64,000 nt of DNA, taken from contig VJWM01000119.1 in NCBI GenBank assembly GCA_010909165.1, forward strand, positions 186,001 to 250,000, given 5' to 3'. A program made the translations under genes and the position numbers. Below the pieces are notes generated by a model, which saw only the letters and a list, made by a program, of their open reading frames with translations, was not told the DNA's origin and searched no databases. Shown here one piece after another: positions 50,297 through 62,789 of this stretch. Position 1 is the first letter of the stretch. Each line of letters begins with the position of its first letter. Source of the stretch: Anthoceros angustus (Eukaryota > Plantae > Anthocerotophyta).

Positions 50297-52643
50297 GTCC
50301 TCAGCGGCTCAACACCCTACCTCGAGCTTCCACAAAAACTCACTGCAGGAAAGAACCATCATCAACTCCCAATTCCAAGGGTTTTAGCGTCTACTGGCAA
50401 TGCAAGGCCTGGCTTCCGCAAAACGAGATCCAAACATAACAGCATCCAATTGCATCCAAAAAGCCCCTCCACAAACCCAAACCAACCGGAACTTCAGCTG
50501 GAAGCAGGACAGTGCTCACCAGCACCGAGGAGCCGCCGGATGCACAACTCTGCATCTGGTCTTCGTCAGCCGCAGGAGTAAACTCATATCAGAATGACGA
50601 GACACTCACCTCTGTCGCCGCACATGAGCAGTCGTCTGCAGCAGCGTCCATACAGGCAGGAAAACTCCCAAGGCTCCCGATGTCTTCTTCGAGGCCCCGG
50701 GACCCGAGCCTTCCTTCGGTTGAGCGTCGAGGGAAAAGCGCAATACTATTTCGACGTCACGGTGAACGCGTTGGCCACTACTATTTCGCCAACTGGCCAT
50801 TATTGAATTAAAGTCGAGGACAATACCTAATATGCACATTACAAAGTCTTTATTGTGGACCTCTCGTATGGCTACGTCCATGGAGGTAGCTGATGCCATG
50901 TATGACCGGGTACAGCAGGTGATGAGAGTACCTACCTACGCCTACGAGACGTCTCAAGGATGGTATATGTACCTAGGTAATGATTTATCGAATAGGTAGA
51001 AAAAAACCTAGATAAAGTTGACAAGTTCACGAGACGTCTCTGCGGTACTTGCAACGATAACGATAACGGCTTGGAAGTGAAGCGAAGGGGAAAGCAAGGT
51101 ATGGCCGCGCGAACGGGGCGAACGGGTTGAACCGGCTGGCCTCCCGCGCGATTCGATACACTAAGAGGTCCGCTGGCTCGGACAGTCTTCGTCGCCGCTC
51201 CCCAGAATTCTCAAAGTCTCAACCTAACGTGATGAGCCACATTTCTCCGGTAATCACAGCAAGCCGCGAAGAGCGAGGAATGGAATGTGCATGCGACGAT
51301 GTGCACAGGGTTTGGTGCTTGAAGAATCGGGTGGAGACAGCATCTCGCGCGCCGCCGGCAGTAAGGATAGGGCAGGGACCTGTGGCTGAGGCTTCTGTGT
51401 CTGTAGCAGTTTTTTGAGCCGATTTTGGCAAGGGAGCGAGGTGCGGTGCGGTTTTGGCGAGGGGGGGAAGGTGCGCGCTTGACTGTCTGCCAGAATTTCG
51501 GTTTTGCCCATGGCCGACTGGATTTTGGAAGATTTGGGATATGTGTCATCGCGTTTTGCTCATCAGTCTCGGGAATCCTGGATTACCATGAGTTCTGCCG
51601 CTGGCGATAGACGGTGAGGTCCGGGAAAGAATGCAGTCGGGAGCCTTGAGATTTGCGCACCTTCATCATGGAGCAAAGTGCGTTCGTTGGATTGAACCGG
51701 TGAGAAAGCTGGTTGTGCTACGAAAGTGTGTTGATGGAAGTTTGAGTTCTCTGGGGTTGAAGCTGGCAGGGAAAGTGATACCGTTCTTGCCATGATCGGT
51801 GTGCGCTGCATGCAAGCTGGACGATACACTGGGAAGCGGCTGCATGCACCGATAGTTCAAGGAATCAAAATGCCGGTTTTTTACTATGGTCGAACGAGGA
51901 GGGAGCACGTGAAGATAGACCAGGTTATGTTGAGAGGATGCCGTTTTATACGTTGACAGCTACATTAACTGGCAACAGAGCCGCAGTATGACGGTGACTA
52001 AAGGATCTTCGCAATCAACTCGACCTATTTATGAGGAGCGGTGGAGCTCAATCGGGGAGTGTTGATGACCTCCCTGAGACGATGATAAACGACCAAAGAC
52101 GCCTACAGATCAACAGAAAATGGCCAAGGTTGTGACACTTTGATATGTATATTTTTCCGTGCATAGTCACAAGTAGTGTTTCTTTGCAAGTAGTATCGCT
52201 TTGTGGCAACACATGCTGGTTGTACCTTCATCTTTGATAGTAAAGACAGCACTTTCCATGAGGTTTGCCTAAGAATTTATTCCCTGCCACAAATCAACCA
52301 GCAGAATGGAGGGAGACGGATGCTGCCAGCTTGTTGTTCTAGATCTCAGAACTCAGCGCTGCCGCAAAGAAAATTCCAAGAAGGTTCTCTTGACCATCCA
52401 GCTTGAAGGATTTGTGGAAACTGCGATAAATCCTGCTGTGATTGTAGGACTGTTTGCTAAAAAATTGCAGAATGCATCCTGGTAAACGGGTCCTAAAATT
52501 GTCAGCACTTAGTGAACGTGGTCATACACCACATCACGTCCTTTTTGTGATGTACGCATCCTATATTTGCAGATAGTTTTTGCTGCTCACAGGTTGGTCT
52601 TATCATGGTCTGTGTGTGCGTTGTGTCTAATTTTTATTTGCAG

Positions 52644-55600
52644 AAGATGAAGACAAAGTGCTTCTGAATATCACGGTGGAGCTTGAAGATGGGGCTGTTA
52701 AACATATTGCTATGGTGGAGGGCGACACAGCTGAATCAGTGGCAAGAAGGTTTTGTGCTGAGCAAGGGCTTCCTGATGACTTCATCGAACCACTTACTGA
52801 TCACATTGTCGCCAACATCATCAGCATCAGGTACTTTCTGAGATTAATTTCTTCACTGATCTGCGGTCTGCCTAGGCTAGTGTGCACAATGCCACAGGAG
52901 CAATCTGTTCTTCAATGAGGAACGCATGATTCATGGAGCACCGGTGGTCTATGTCGTGCATGACATGTGGGTGATCTTGCAGTCAGCAGGATAGAGACAT
53001 CTCTTTCTACCCAAAAATGCAAGCGAAGCAGCCTTTTGCAGAGGAAAATGATGATCAAGCAACACAGGGAACCGAATCACAGCGCACATTGCCAAGTTCA
53101 CCAAAGTCTAGGAGAGCTCAGACCCCAACGACGGCGCGCCGATTTTCTGATCGGGTCCTTTCGCACACCAGTTCCAGTAAAGCAAAACATGAAGCTCAAA
53201 AGAACTGGATGGAGGAAGGAAGGAAAGGGCGTTGGAACCCATCGGCAAGATTTGACCTTTCTGATAAGGCGGTATGCAAAAAGAATCTGTATCAGCTGAA
53301 CAGAGCTGGTGCGGGTGTCCTTTGCTTTCTGCATTCCAGGGTTTATCTTCAGTTGCGTTTGAGCTTTCTGTATAGTGATTTTCTTTTGCTAAGCCTTACT
53401 TGCAGTCTTTATTTGGCACAGAAAGCTGTCTACATGCGTTTGTACCAGGGATACCTGGTGCAAAGGAAAAGGCATGCCGATCTGGAGAAGGCAACCATGG
53501 AGGGTTACAGGCAAAAGTTGTCTACAGCTAAGACACAAATCTCAAAGGTTTGTAAAACCCTCGAGGTAGCATTTGCTGGTTGTGTGACAGCTATATGCTT
53601 GTACATCTGTTGTGGCTGACTACCGATAATATTTATGCTCCCCAACTATGTAGAATTCAATCTACCTAGCTGCCAGGCGAGAGCGGAAAGCCTTGCAATT
53701 CGAGAACTATGGAGAAATGCTATATGAAGAGGGAGTTGACCGCTTGATTCGAATGATACATAGAGAGCAAGTAGGGCGTGAAGAAGCAGAATCTAGGGAG
53801 CTGGCTGATTGTACAGGCTCGCCGCAAATAAGGTACCTGTTGAGTCCTGTTTGCAGCTTTGTGCCAGCCTCCAAGGATGCTGTACTCCCAGTCCTGGGTG
53901 TCACCAGCTTGTCAACTCTCAAGTGAATCTATTCACAAGAGGAATACCTCTTACCTGTGGGAAACTGGGCAATAAACAGCTCTTGTGCTCAGTCTTCCCC
54001 ATACCAAGACAAGTTGTTGGCAGTTACGTCATTTCTCTCAGGTCTGTTGACTTTCTGCCGGTGTGATGTGAAGCAAGTTTGCTCGGCAGCTCAGGACAAA
54101 CCCAACTAGTTTCTGGTTGAGATTGGGAGAACCTAACAAGTCTGTCCACGAGCAAGTGCAGGAGCAGCGGAATGAGGTAAAAGCTTGCTATTTTATTATG
54201 CTTGTTAGCAGCAAAAAGAGAGAGATCTAGACAGTTTCCCATTTTGATGGATACAGTTCATTTCTCACAGTTGATTACTTATCCGGGCATTTTGCTGTGG
54301 GTCTTAATGTATCTCTCTACTGGCCCAGATGTTTGAGGCAGAGTTCATGGAATGTACATTCAGACCTCGTGTGAATTCCTATGAGCGAGATGCTAATATG
54401 CCTAGAACAACCATGACTCGCTTCAAGCAGCTATACTTGGATGCTGACAGTCGGCGTGCACGCCGCGAGCAAGGACATGCTTGGCAGGATAGGAAGTGAG
54501 TTCGGTCAGACTCTCCATGCACGTTTCTTGGCACAAGTACAGAACTTTGACAGCATGTCCAGGTTCTTGGTGTCTATTTATGTTTTAGTGTCTCCTGTGC
54601 AGGGTATACACTTTCTGCCCAAAGATTAACCACCACATCAATCCTGCTACGGGGATCAAAGAGTTGCCTCATGAAGGTTCGGTCGTAGACCGCTTGTTAC
54701 AATATGCTTCTAAGCTGACGGACAAAAAGCAGAGGCTGCAACAGAAGCAAGACAGGACACTTGATGCTACAAGTGGTCAAAAGCCGTTCATACCTCACGC
54801 AGGACGTTTGCCCAAGTCCAAAGTAAGCTGGGTGTCTGTTCATTGAACAACAAGGGTTATATGTCATGCGTGTCTGTATCCTAACTGGTGCTCATGATTG
54901 CAGCGGCAGGGGGCTATCTGGGAGGCGTTGTACAATTTCCAGTGGCTTTATAACAAAAAAAAGAGACTGCACATGGATCGGGATGATAGCCATAGGAATT
55001 CCCTTACCAAGTGGGGTTACGTTACCTACAGCTCCAAAAAAGTACTTTCGAAGCTGAAGGAACGAAAATATCACCAGATCTTCGACTGTCTTGATGACGA
55101 CGGGGTACTGCTCTGCATCAGATTGAGAGCACACATTCAGACTGTTTGTAGCAATGTGGTTTGCTGATGTCGAGTCTGTACGAGGTGGGGTGCAGGATGG
55201 TATAGTGCGCATGGACACAGCCGACCTTACAAAGTTTGATGACAGTGTGGTCTCAGATTTGACCTTGGTGAAGCAATTGGCTGCTGACCAGCGGCTACAA
55301 TTTGAAGACTTCGTTAGTGTGATGAAGGCAGCTGAGGTAGGGTTCGGTTAACTACGCTTTCCTTAAAGCCTACTACTGTGGAGTACCCATTCTAATCGTT
55401 TTCACCTTCACATGACGTCAAGCTTTAGCCTAGGTGTTTTAGAGGTGGCAGCAAGCAGCAGAGGACAGATGTCTATGTTGCCCACTCGCCTGCATTTGCA
55501 GACTGTGACCAAGCATGTGAGCTTTTCCTTGACCATAATATCTTATTTCCTTGAGTGCATGCAGAGACGCAGGCCTGGGTGGGGCTCAATAGCATATTGC

Positions 55601-56392
55601 CATCGTCTGATCAAGGGGAGACACTCTCATCACTCCCATCAAACAAGTCATTCTGCTAAAAAGAAGAGGGCGTTGCCTGTGCGAACGAGACAGTTTAGGC
55701 ATAGTTCTTCTTTGTTCCATGTGCTGATTCCCTCAGATCACTATGCCTACGGGCCTGGATGTTGACCATCGTTTCTCTGTGCAGCTCACAGCTCCAGTGG
55801 TACAAGCTGCTGCAAGCTGACCAGGAGAGAATAGCTCTCAAGCTCGAGGCTATGCGGAAAGATAACCAGAAAGCAGAAATGGCCCATTGCACTTTCAGCC
55901 CCAGGCTCCTCAGAAAGAAAGGGAGCAGGCGCCGAAAAAAGGTAAACTAGCATTCCCCATAGAGGAGCCACACAAGGATCGCTGTGCAGACGGGGCGTAT
56001 GCATGCTCGAGGTTTTTGTTTGATGGGCCTTTGCTTGTGTGTTTCACTCAGAAACGACATCGTCCGCCCGCTCCGGTTGATGCTCCGGTTGATGTTGATG
56101 CTCCGGTTGATAGAATTTTGGAGAAGGATGAGCAGGATGTTCATGGCTTCATTTTTCGAGAAACCCATGGACAAAGTAAGCTAATAGCTTTCAACAAGTC
56201 TGTGAGAGTAAGTGGAATACAATTTCCTCGTTAACACGCTCTTTCTTGTGATGTCCGGCAGCATATGTGAAAGGAGCAGTAGCAGTTGCAAGCAGTTCCC
56301 AGCCGCAGCTACGAAAAGAGGAGGATAAAACTCCCATGGGACTCCTCAAATCTTTGAAGCTCATGGTGGACAACTCGTTGGATCGCATATGA
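52644..56392 (+). CDS. Multi-exon uncharacterised protein with repeated (C/Y)TFxP motifs and an EF-hand-like loop; 5' exons uncertain
   Basis: GT-AG-bounded exons encode VLLNITVELEDGAVKHIAMVEGDTAESVARRFC, YGEMLYEEG, CTGSPQI, ECTFRPRVN, RFKQLYLDA, YTFCPKIN, VVDRLLQYA, FIPHAGR, IFDCLDDDG|DGIV and HCTFSPRL. Probable stop at 56390-56392. Confidence 0.7.
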
Positions 56393-56953
56393 CCGCGCTA
56401 TGCATTCAAGACTGTCCCTGGAGTTGGCTTTCCTGCTGCACTGGGAATTGCATGGTGACACTGCTGCTTTCGTGGATGCGATTGGCAGTCAATTGCAGCA
56501 GTCATTGGTTCTGTTGCGTACCGGCTCTGAGAATCACGGAGGTATGGGCATGTTCCTCAACCCAATGCCTTTCCTGGCAGCATCTTTGAACACATGGGGT
56601 ACGTGTTTCCACTTGTGCCCTTCCAGCACAAGGCAGGTTATGTTCTTGGTATTTGGTTCTACAATTGACAGTCCAGGTTGCAGAGACCAGCAACTCTTAC
56701 TGGGTCGGATCATCTTTTTAGCAATGTCTCCTTGTCCTTATCCACATTTCCTAGTCTGTACACAGCCTCGAGATATCACACCAAGGTACAAGAAGCGAGT
56801 TTCGGGATATCACAAGGGCACAAGAAGCGAATTCCTGGATGTACCTGGTCAGGCACACGCGAGAGAGGAACCATGGACACTCGAAGAAAGCGCACCACTA
56901 CAAAGAGGCAGCAGCGGCAGCACATCACAGCACATCACCGGGTAGGCATCCAC

Positions 56954-58075
56954 TCAGAGAGGCTCCAGGCTAGTAAACTTTACCCTGTCCTTAGAAACGA
57001 TCCACCACCGACCCAGCGCAACGGAGACAGATAGCGCCACCAGCGCCACCAGCGTCGCCACCAACCCTAGGGCAAACCCTATCCCTCCAGAAACCTTCCT
57101 GCCGTCATGCCCCGCCGGATGCAAAGTAAGCGGTATCCAGTCACAACTTCCGGAAAAATGCTGCGCGGGCTGCCACGCGCTTCCTCCCACAGGATACCAG
57201 AACGCGACTGCAAACCTATGTTCCCCGCCGACCCTGAACTGCACATCCTGCTGCACCCTATCCCCAGTCCGCAGCGGGCGCGCGAACTCAAAGACATACT
57301 TCCCGTCCGCGCCCAGTGTTCCAAAGGGAAAATCTACCTGCACCAAACCATACTCCATTTCCACACTACTATGACTCCACGCCCCCTGCCAGTCATTTTG
57401 CCCCCCTGTCCCCTCCACCTTCACCCCGTCCACCCCCGCCCCGTCCACCGCCTTGCAGTGCGGGGAGAAGGCGTACATGTCGTTCAAGTCCCCGATGCTG
57501 TCCGTTCCCGTTCCGTTCAGATTATCCGCCAAGTTCCCCCCGTACAGCCTCCCCGGGATGGCCCGCCCGAGCTCGAAGTGCGCGATGTCCACCTCGTGCC
57601 CGGCGCAGGAGACGCTGTTGCAAGGCACCTCCCGGCATCCTCCCATGGAAGAATACGTCGCGTCGTCCCCTACCCCGAACATGAGCGCCACGGACGGCCA
57701 TCCATGCGCCTCCCCAGCCTGGAAGGCGTACGCCCCCGCAACCTCCACCAAGAAGTACACCAGCCTCCCGTCGTGCGCCGCCCTGATGTACACCGTGCCC
57801 GCGCCCTGCGCGTACTGCTGGTCCGCGTCCTCCGTCAGGGCCGGCAGCAGGGAGAAGGTCTCTCCCGCAACCTCGTTCCAGTCGTCCGATCTGGCGTCCA
57901 CCGTGATCGTGCCTGGGAGGAAGTAGGCGTCCAGCTTCAGCCCTTGCCCGCGGTTGCACGGCGCCTTCGGGCCTGGATTGTGCGCGGCAGCGGAGAAGAG
58001 AAAGAGCAGCAGCAGCAGCGCCAGGAGATGGATCGTGAAGGCGCCGGAAGCGGACCAGGCCGGAGACGATGCCAT
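56954..58075 (-). CDS. DOMON-like / EB_dh-type heme-binding protein with signal peptide and C-terminal TM helix, intronless
   Basis: Hydrophobic signal, ITVDARSDDW, MGGC...C...SC.GHEVDIAHF, PGRLYGG, NDWQGAWSHS, YVFEFARPLRT, AVAFW, then a TM helix. The ORF is open up to 58135; the ATG at 58075 is the likely start. Confidence 0.85.
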   Translation of the reverse strand: MASSPAWSASGAFTIHLLALLLLLFLFSAAAHNPGPKAPCNRGQGLKLDAYFLPGTITVDARSDDWNEVAGETFSLLPALTEDADQQYAQGAGTVYIRAAHDGRLVYFLVEVAGAYAFQAGEAHGWPSVALMFGVGDDATYSSMGGCREVPCNSVSCAGHEVDIAHFELGRAIPGRLYGGNLADNLNGTGTDSIGDLNDMYAFSPHCKAVDGAGVDGVKVEGTGGQNDWQGAWSHSSVEMEYGLVQVDFPFGTLGADGKYVFEFARPLRTGDRVQQDVQFRVGGEHRFAVAFWYPVGGSAWQPAQHFSGSCDWIPLTLHPAGHDGRKVSGGIGFALGLVATLVALVALSVSVALGRWWIVSKDRVKFTSLEPL

Positions 58076-60599
58076 CCGGCTGCGATGGCGGATGGAAGTC
58101 CGGGGTTTTGATCCCGAAGCAAGATTGCGAGTCACTGCCTTGCCGCACGCCGGCGCGAGATTTCCATCCCTCCCGAGTCCGCCGCTGCTCGGCTATGGAG
58201 AGGCGACCTCAACAGATCGTGGAGGCAGATACATAATAGCAACTTCCTTCCGTGGCGGAGGTCAGTCACTGAAAACAATCGGCGCAAGCAACGAACGAAC
58301 ATCATATTCTATATATGCAAATTCCTCAGTTTTTACCACACGCAACTCCAGATGCCGCCTGCTGATGATCGACAAATGCAGCCGATAACCGCTAATGCCG
58401 CGTTACCTGCCCAAAAGGTGCCTTGTCCGAGCATGATCCATTATGCTACACGATCTTGCACACATGCCCTGGGAAGGCGAAAACTATCTAAATAATTAAC
58501 GCCTGGCTGAATGAGGAGGAGGAGGTGGGAGAGATCGAAGGCTATGCAGGACCCAAGACGTTTAGCAAAGAGCCGATGGTGAACTCACTGGCAGGTGGCC
58601 GGGGCAGTTTTGTGGCTCTAAAGCGACGAGCTATCGACAAGCGAGCCACATCTGGAGATGTGATAGAGCCACTAATGTTTGGTGTTGTGGGAGATGTGTG
58701 TGCAGGTGCATTGGCAGATGGTAGAAAACTGGAGGAGACGTCATGCGAGGCGTGCGAGATGATGACTGCGCAAGACTCGCATTTGGGCACGATGATAGGG
58801 ACGAGCAGGCTCCCATTGAGTCGTTGACCGAGAAGTATGATCCACCAGTGGACTTCCCTGCCAGCGCATGGGTGGACAGCCAGAAACAATTTCTAGCATC
58901 TGAATCGTTTGGTGGGGATATATGAGGAGGATGCGATTTTGAAGCATAGTTGCATTTTCCTTTTGGACTCATGAACAATACATTTGTGCTTTGACTTGTA
59001 TTGAGGCATACATGCCTCCTGACTGCCTAGCCTAGACACCGAACAGCTGGTGCTGAGGCAAGTGTCCGCTGCTGTCCCGTTGCCTTAAGTGTCTCTTGGT
59101 CCTTCGCTGCGAATCTGAAACAGCAGTTAGATAAATCGAAACGGGCGATTGCCAACCCGAGCAGCAGGAGTTCACTCAACGGGGATGCTGAAATTGGTGT
59201 TGATTACCAATTTGAAACTGTTGATTGGTAGATTGAAACGACTGATTGCCAAACCCAATGTAATTTTTCTCATACCGCAACAGTGAACGACCACACTCCT
59301 AGTCCATTTTTTTTTATGCTCTGTGATGGCACATTGGCGTGCACGACACGTGATGGTGAACTAGAACCTTGAAGCAGCTCCAATTCCAAATCTCTACGTT
59401 GTGGAACATGGGCTGACATTGTAGCGGAATGGCTTTGCATCCAAACCCCATCTGAACAAGTCCAGTCGTGCGTGGAAGCAGAACCACTTTGGATGAGCGC
59501 GGAAACGATTGGGTGAACGCATTCATGGTATTAAACGTTACATGGCGAGACGAGTGCCATGTCCAACTGTAGAGGGAAGGCACGATTCTCCTATTGTGCG
59601 CGAAAGGCATCATACCGCGTACAGTACGCTGGCACCGTGTATCCGAATAAAAATCAGAACCCTTTCAACACAAGGTGAACGATGCGCGGTCGCACCGGAT
59701 GACCGGGGTCAAGGCATTTCATATGGTGAATTATTCCCCACCACTTTCTTGTTTATTATGTGAACGATTAAACCCACAATTTTGATATCTTGGGTGGTGT
59801 GAAAATGTGCAGTCAGATCACACATCGGGTATTCATCTTCAAATCTTGCGTGTTTTTTAAAGGTAGTTGATATAGTGTATAGTGAAAAGGCTAAAATTAG
59901 TAAACAAAGCTTGAAATGCACGGTTTCATTTGAGAACTCTTCATTCCTCATAGATCATTTTTTTGAAAATTTTTAAAAATAGCCTAATACATGGTTTTCC
60001 AAAAACAAACCCTTGTTTCCACACCCTCAAAATTAGAGACGAGGAGCCGTCTCTACTTCTTAGGAGACCTTGTCTAATGCCACACAATTGACAATGCGAG
60101 CGATAGCCAAGTCTGAGCTTCCACTAAAAGTCTTTTTGGGCAAGCACGTAGCTAATTGCTTGACAGCAATTTGAAGTTGATACTGGACTAATTCCGCCCG
60201 CATTATTAGAATCTCCAGAGCTAGCTTCTCCTGGAGTGCAGATATCTCCAATTGTTTGAGGCAACTTGAAATTCCAACTTCACTCCTGCAGTTAGCTTGG
60301 GAAGCCACGAAATCCGACCTTAATTTCTTGATGTCCGTTTGGAAAGACTTGAATAATCTCTCGATCTTGTTTGTGCACTTGGCACCTTAGACGAAGGAGC
60401 CTATGATTCTGAGTTTGCCATTGGTTCAGAATCCATGAAAATGTAGATATGGGTACTCAGCTGTACGTGTACTTGTTACAAGTGTAGGCTCCTGCCACGT
60501 CAGCAATTTTACAACCTAGTTAAACTGTCACTTTACAAATATGTAAATGTCTGTTTTTAAAACGTGAAGTTGTAAATTACTTTGTAAAATACGTTGTAC

Positions 60600-60975
60600 A
60601 ATAGAGACTACTTCTTCTACTCTCAAATCGCGACGCTGTCATCGGTGTATAATCGACTACTTCATCGGTGTATAATCGACTACTTCTTCTATTCTGAAAA
60701 TGCGACGTAAGTGGTCTATATAATTGACTATTTCTCCTTCTATTCTTAAAACGCTATGCAGTCATCATTGGTCTATAATAGACTACTGTTTTTATTCTCA
60801 AAATGGGACGCACTCATGGGTGATCTATGATAGAGTACTTTTTCTATTCTCAAAATGCTATGCAGTCGGCAAGTGGTCTACATAATTGACTACGTCTTCT
60901 TTATTCTCAAAACGCGACGCAGTCATAAGTGGTTTATAATAGACTACTTCTTGTATCTTGAAAAACGCAACGCAG
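60600..60975. repeat. Degenerate tandem repeat of about 45-50 bp, about 7 copies
   Basis: Variants of tataat.gactacttcttctattct.aaaa.gcgacgcagtcat. Confidence 0.75.
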
Positions 60976-61257
60976 CAGGAAAGAGAGCTGCCCTAAACCC
61001 CATGAAGTCCTACAGGCCTAAAACCCTAAACCCCAGAAGCCTTGCTTTTTTTTGCACAACGCATGTACAAGTTTGCGCATAGCGTTGTTTAGACACGCAC
61101 TTATGCGCGCCTAGGCCCCCCTGGTATTCAAAAACATACAAAACCACACAAAATGCAGAAACTACGAACATGACGAAATTATGGAACAATCAGGTCACTG
61201 GCGTTTTATCACACCGACTAAATCGCCATGAACCTGAGTAGAAGGCGCCAGCGCGGT

Positions 61258-61883
61258 TTAAATGACTCGACAGGAAGTGGTGCCGGAGCCGAGAATGCCC
61301 GAAACCCATGGATGAACACTTACAAAAACCAATAAAAACCAAACCAACTTCATTTTCCGGCGAAATAGGGTTGGGATTTTTTCCAAAACCCCTTTTGACA
61401 GGAGAAACCCCTTTCTACACAGACGTTGTTAAAGCAAGTTGTCAACCCTCTTCCATCTTTCATAACAGCAGCAGCAGCACTGAGAGCGAAATGTTGCGGC
61501 AGACAATCCTGCTTCAGGGCGCCTGCCCCCGTGGTGATGTAATCACCTCCATCATACAACTTGTCCGTTCCAGCAACTTTCACATTGGTTTTGTGCCAGA
61601 AGCACGAACTGACACCTCCTTTACATGTTGCAAGCAATACATCCCGGACCATAGACATATCATCTAGCGAATGAAATACCACGTTTTTAAATACCTCAGA
61701 CGTTGTGATGCCCTGGAACATCATTATGATGTTTTTAAACTCATGTCGACTGAACCGCGGATCATACTCTCTGGAGTTAGCATCCAGACCCAACCCTCTA
61801 GGCAAGTCCACAAGCAGCATAGCATACGGTCGGGGTTCCAGTTTTGGGTAGGCACATGAGACAAGATAAAGCTTTCCTTTTGT
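61258..61883 (-). pseudogene. Degenerate beta-class amino (N6-adenine/N4-cytosine) DNA methyltransferase-like sequence
   Basis: PYAMLLVDLPRGLG (motif IV-like), VVFHS, FWHKTN and DYIT. After a frameshift near 61385 the next frame reads ...PWV..xxGSGTTS (61290-61273), the SAM-binding motif I. Motif IV precedes motif I, which is the beta-class order. Confidence 0.55.
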
Positions 61884-62789
61884 TCACATAGGAACTTTCT
61901 ACGTTATGTGGGATTGAGTTGAGGGTGAGCTCAAGGAGCTCCATGGACGGTTATGTTCACGTCTCTCGGATTGTGTATGAGGTTATGATCGGAATGTTTC
62001 GATCACCATGTTTTCGATACTTCATGGGGAATTAGACGGGTTGCTTATTAGACACAATTCGAAGATAGTTTTACTGAAATGGATAATTAAGCCTTTCTGA
62101 AAGGCAAGAGGAGGGCCGTGGCACCGAACGTCCGGTACACACGGCAGAATGAATTACTTCCCTTGCTCCTTGCGTTTTCTATTCCATACGATTCCGAGTG
62201 TGTACATGTGGATATGTTGGTTTGAAATTACTAGAATATTTATACTCAAATCCGAGTCGGTTCCTTGGAACACGATTTTTTTTAAATAGCATGGGCAGCG
62301 TGTACAGCTTGCCTCAACCAATCTATAAAATAGCCTTCTGTCATTATTGTTGGTCAAGGGCGGGGTTTGCAACGAGGCATATATTCAGTACTAACGCTAC
62401 AAATGTGCCGATTAAAAAAAATTGCCCACTGTGGCTGGATTTCGATAAAACACCGTGAAAAAGGCGTTTTTTTTCAAACCAGGTTCAATCCCAAGCTTTG
62501 AGCAGGGTCCATTGTTGAAGTGAAGTAACGGATATGCTGACCATTTACGGCATAAGGATAATAATCATAGATCGTGTGATATGATAGGGTACCTATAATT
62601 GAATAGTTGTACCTGTTCATTAGGGTTGTGTCCCTAGATAGTGAACATACATACCTTTTGGTTTTTGCTTAAGTTGTCTTTTTGTTTCATAATAACTTAA
62701 CTTCTTTTTTTGATGGATACAATGTAATTATTTATTAATCTGTTTAATTGATCTACATACTGCTATAATTCGTTAATAATCATCCTAAG

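Noticed and set aside
57107-58111. 334-aa plus-strand ORF
   Set aside because: Antisense shadow of the high-GC heme-binding gene.
58525-58925. Small ORFs divergent from the heme-binding gene
   Set aside because: No motif or consistent splice model; cannot be supported as a gene.
60990-61035. Telomere-like ccctaaa units
   Set aside because: Only 2-3 scattered units, not an array.
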